Shown piece after piece: positions 53,480 through 64,000 of a stretch of 64,000 bases of DNA. This DNA comes from Camelus ferus (taxonomy: Eukaryota). The stretch lies in the NCBI RefSeq assembly GCF_009834535.1, contig NC_045701.1, positions 32,550,001 through 32,614,000 of the forward strand, written 5' to 3'. A program made the translations under genes and the position numbers. The stretch's first letter is position 1; each line of letters begins with the position of its first letter. The notes below the pieces were generated by a model. That model was given only the letters and a program-made list of their open reading frames with translations. It ran no database searches and had not been told where the DNA came from.

Positions 53480-55487
53480 AAGAAACAAGAAGAAAGGTGA
53501 AGCAGCAGTGGCTGTTTTTCTGCGAGAGGAGAGGAGCCGCTGGGAGGAGGGTAGGGGGTGGTGAGCAGATTGGTGACATGATCTGACTGACATTTAAAAA
53601 CATTCCTCTGGCTGCCAAGTTGAGAATAGACAGGGCAGGGAGGCTAGTGAGGAGACTGGGGCTTCAATCCAAGTGGGGGAGGATGGTACCTTGGACTAGG
53701 ATGGGGCAGTACTGGTAGAGAAGATTTGATAATAAATGGTACATGGAATTCAATATACAGAATGTTAGATGGTAACACGTGCTAAGGAGAAAAATAATGA
53801 ATAAGGGGGCATAGGAAACATGGAAGGTGTTGCAATTTTAAAATGGGATGGTAGAGAAGCCTAAAGGTGATGGCACTTAAGCTAAGACTTGAAGGAGCTA
53901 AGGGAGCCGCATGGGGAAAAACTCCTCAGGCGAGGGCAGCCTTGCAGAGACGCTGGAGCAGGAGTGTGCCTAGCACTGTCCAGCTAGGAAGGGGCCAGTG
54001 AGCTTGTAAGGATTTTGACTTAGGAGGAAGCCAGTGGCAAGTTTGGAGCAGAGGGCTGACACGATCTGGTCCACCTGCTCATCTGACTCACATGTGAAGA
54101 ACAGGGTATCAAAGGGCAAGAGCGGAAGTGGCGAAATGACTAGGAAGTGGGTGCCACGGTCCAGCTGAGAAATGAAGGCAGCTCTGGCAGCCTGGCAGCC
54201 CTAGGGGTGATGAGGAGTGGTCAGACTCTGGACACGGAGGAATGGGAGACAGAACCATTGAGATTTGCTGACAGATTGCACGTGGGATGTGAGAGAAAGA
54301 AAGAAGTCAAGGATGACTCCAGGAGTTTGGAAAGAAACTGAAAAGATGGAATTGCCATTTACTGATGTAAAGGAGGCTGCAGGAGGAGGTGCCGGTGGGA
54401 GGACAGTGTGACTTGCACGTGCTACACCTTGGGTGTCTAGGAGACATCCCACAGAGATATTAAGAAGGCAGTAAAGATACAACTTTGAGGTTCAAGAAAA
54501 ACCTACAATTTTGGGAATGAAGGATCCTTAAAACCACAAGACTGGCAGAGCTCACCTGGGCAGCGTATAGCTGGATAAAAGAGCACTTGGGGCGAAGGCC
54601 TGAGTCACCCCGACACCCCCAGGTTGAGCAGAGGCAGAGGCACCAGCCCTGGAGACTGAGAAGGGCAGAGATGCAGGAGGACCAGGAGGGCGGCCGGGAA
54701 GCCAAGTCTATCATCCAGACTCTAAACATGATGTTTTCAAGGAATGGTCAGTGCTGTAGGAAAATGCTCACCGTGGGTTACATGGGGGAGAAAAGCAGCA
54801 TGTGAAACACAACGTTAACAGTTACTGTCCGCACCTGGTGGTCATTGAGCATTATTGTTATTCTCATCTTTACAATTTTCTGTATTTTCTTAATTCTCAA
54901 CACTGAACAGGTATGACTTTTGTAAAAATCCCCAGACAAGGATATTTGAAGATAAATACCAGAAAGTGGCTTTTGCTGCTCAGAGAGAACTCCAGCCTAT
55001 TTCTACCTCAAACATGTGTCACAGGGGAATTTGGGTCCTTCCCTCCCACAGGGGGTGCCATGGAGGGGGCAGTCTCACTCAACCCCCGGGGACTTCAAAA
55101 GGGCTTTGGTCAGTAGAAGCACCCTGGGGTCAGGGAAGACTGGTCTGGTGAGCCCTGGAGGCCATCCTGACACCCCATCTCAAGAGCTGCTGAGCGGTAC
55201 CATCACTGACCTGCCAGCCACACTTCTCACAACCAGTGGCACCAGAAGTGCCACATGCATCCCCAAGACAGGCCGTGGGGCCACACCCCTTGGCCTGGCA
55301 TATGACAGACGGACAGAACAGCAGCTTCATTAAAAAAGTTTATTTGCATCTGTGCAAGAGAGGTCAGCTCCCCCTCTAGGTGAGGTCCTCCCTCCTGAGC
55401 CCCCGGGGAGCAGCTCTGCTGCGGTCCCCTGTCTTGAGGCAGTGTCCTTGCTCGTCTGACTCCAGTCCCATTGCTCCTGGCCCAGGG

Positions 55488-63863
<8,376 letters not shown>

Positions 63864-64000
63864 CTGGATGGGCGTGGATGGAGGGCTCCCTGAGCAGCCC
63901 ACCCAGGGCCTCCCCAGCCTCCCCCCGGCGTCCAGGTCTCAGGTCATCGGTCCTCAGCAGGAACGGGCAGCTCAGCCCCAGCCCCAGCCTCACCAAACGG

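Larger units (their letters stand above)
50940..54480 (-). mobile_element. Fragmented L2 host element(s) interrupted by younger insertions
   Basis: L2-type purine-rich segments (ggaggtgacatttgagctgagac; gattttaagcagg; gatgactccaggagttt) on both sides of the LTR, L1 and SINE listed separately. Confidence 0.55.

Overview
Mammalian euchromatic DNA covering the gene-dense block syntenic with human 14q11.2-q12. The species is probably a camelid: it has a vic-1-like tRNA-derived SINE and a cetartiodactyl-type L1, and I recognised no Alu, Bov-A/BovB, PRE-1 or CHR repeats. Gene order is REC8 (+, 3' part), IPO4 (-, 30 exons, 1078 aa), TM9SF1 (-, ~607 aa, three N gaps in coding exons), TSSK4 (+, 328 aa), CHMP4A (-, 222 aa), MDP1 (-, 164 aa), NEDD8 (-, 81 aa), GMPR2 (+, 348 aa), TINF2 (-, 453 aa) and TGM1 (-, last 7 coding exons). 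I traced exons by hand from GT-AG boundaries. The summed lengths close in frame; TM9SF1 boundaries inside gaps are estimated from the human exon sizes. Comparisons to human and mouse proteins and all repeat family names come from memory, not from a database search. I found no new protein-coding gene, RNA gene or CRISPR array. The most interesting structure is regulatory and isoform-level: (1) a chain of tightly packed minus-strand genes whose splice phases allow in-frame read-through chimeras (NEDD8-MDP1, MDP1-CHMP4A, CHMP4A-TM9SF1); (2) three in-frame tandem acceptors inside the TSSK4 HRD catalytic loop; (3) three in-frame donors in the REC8 linker; (4) recurrent back-to-back poly(A) hexamers at gene ends.
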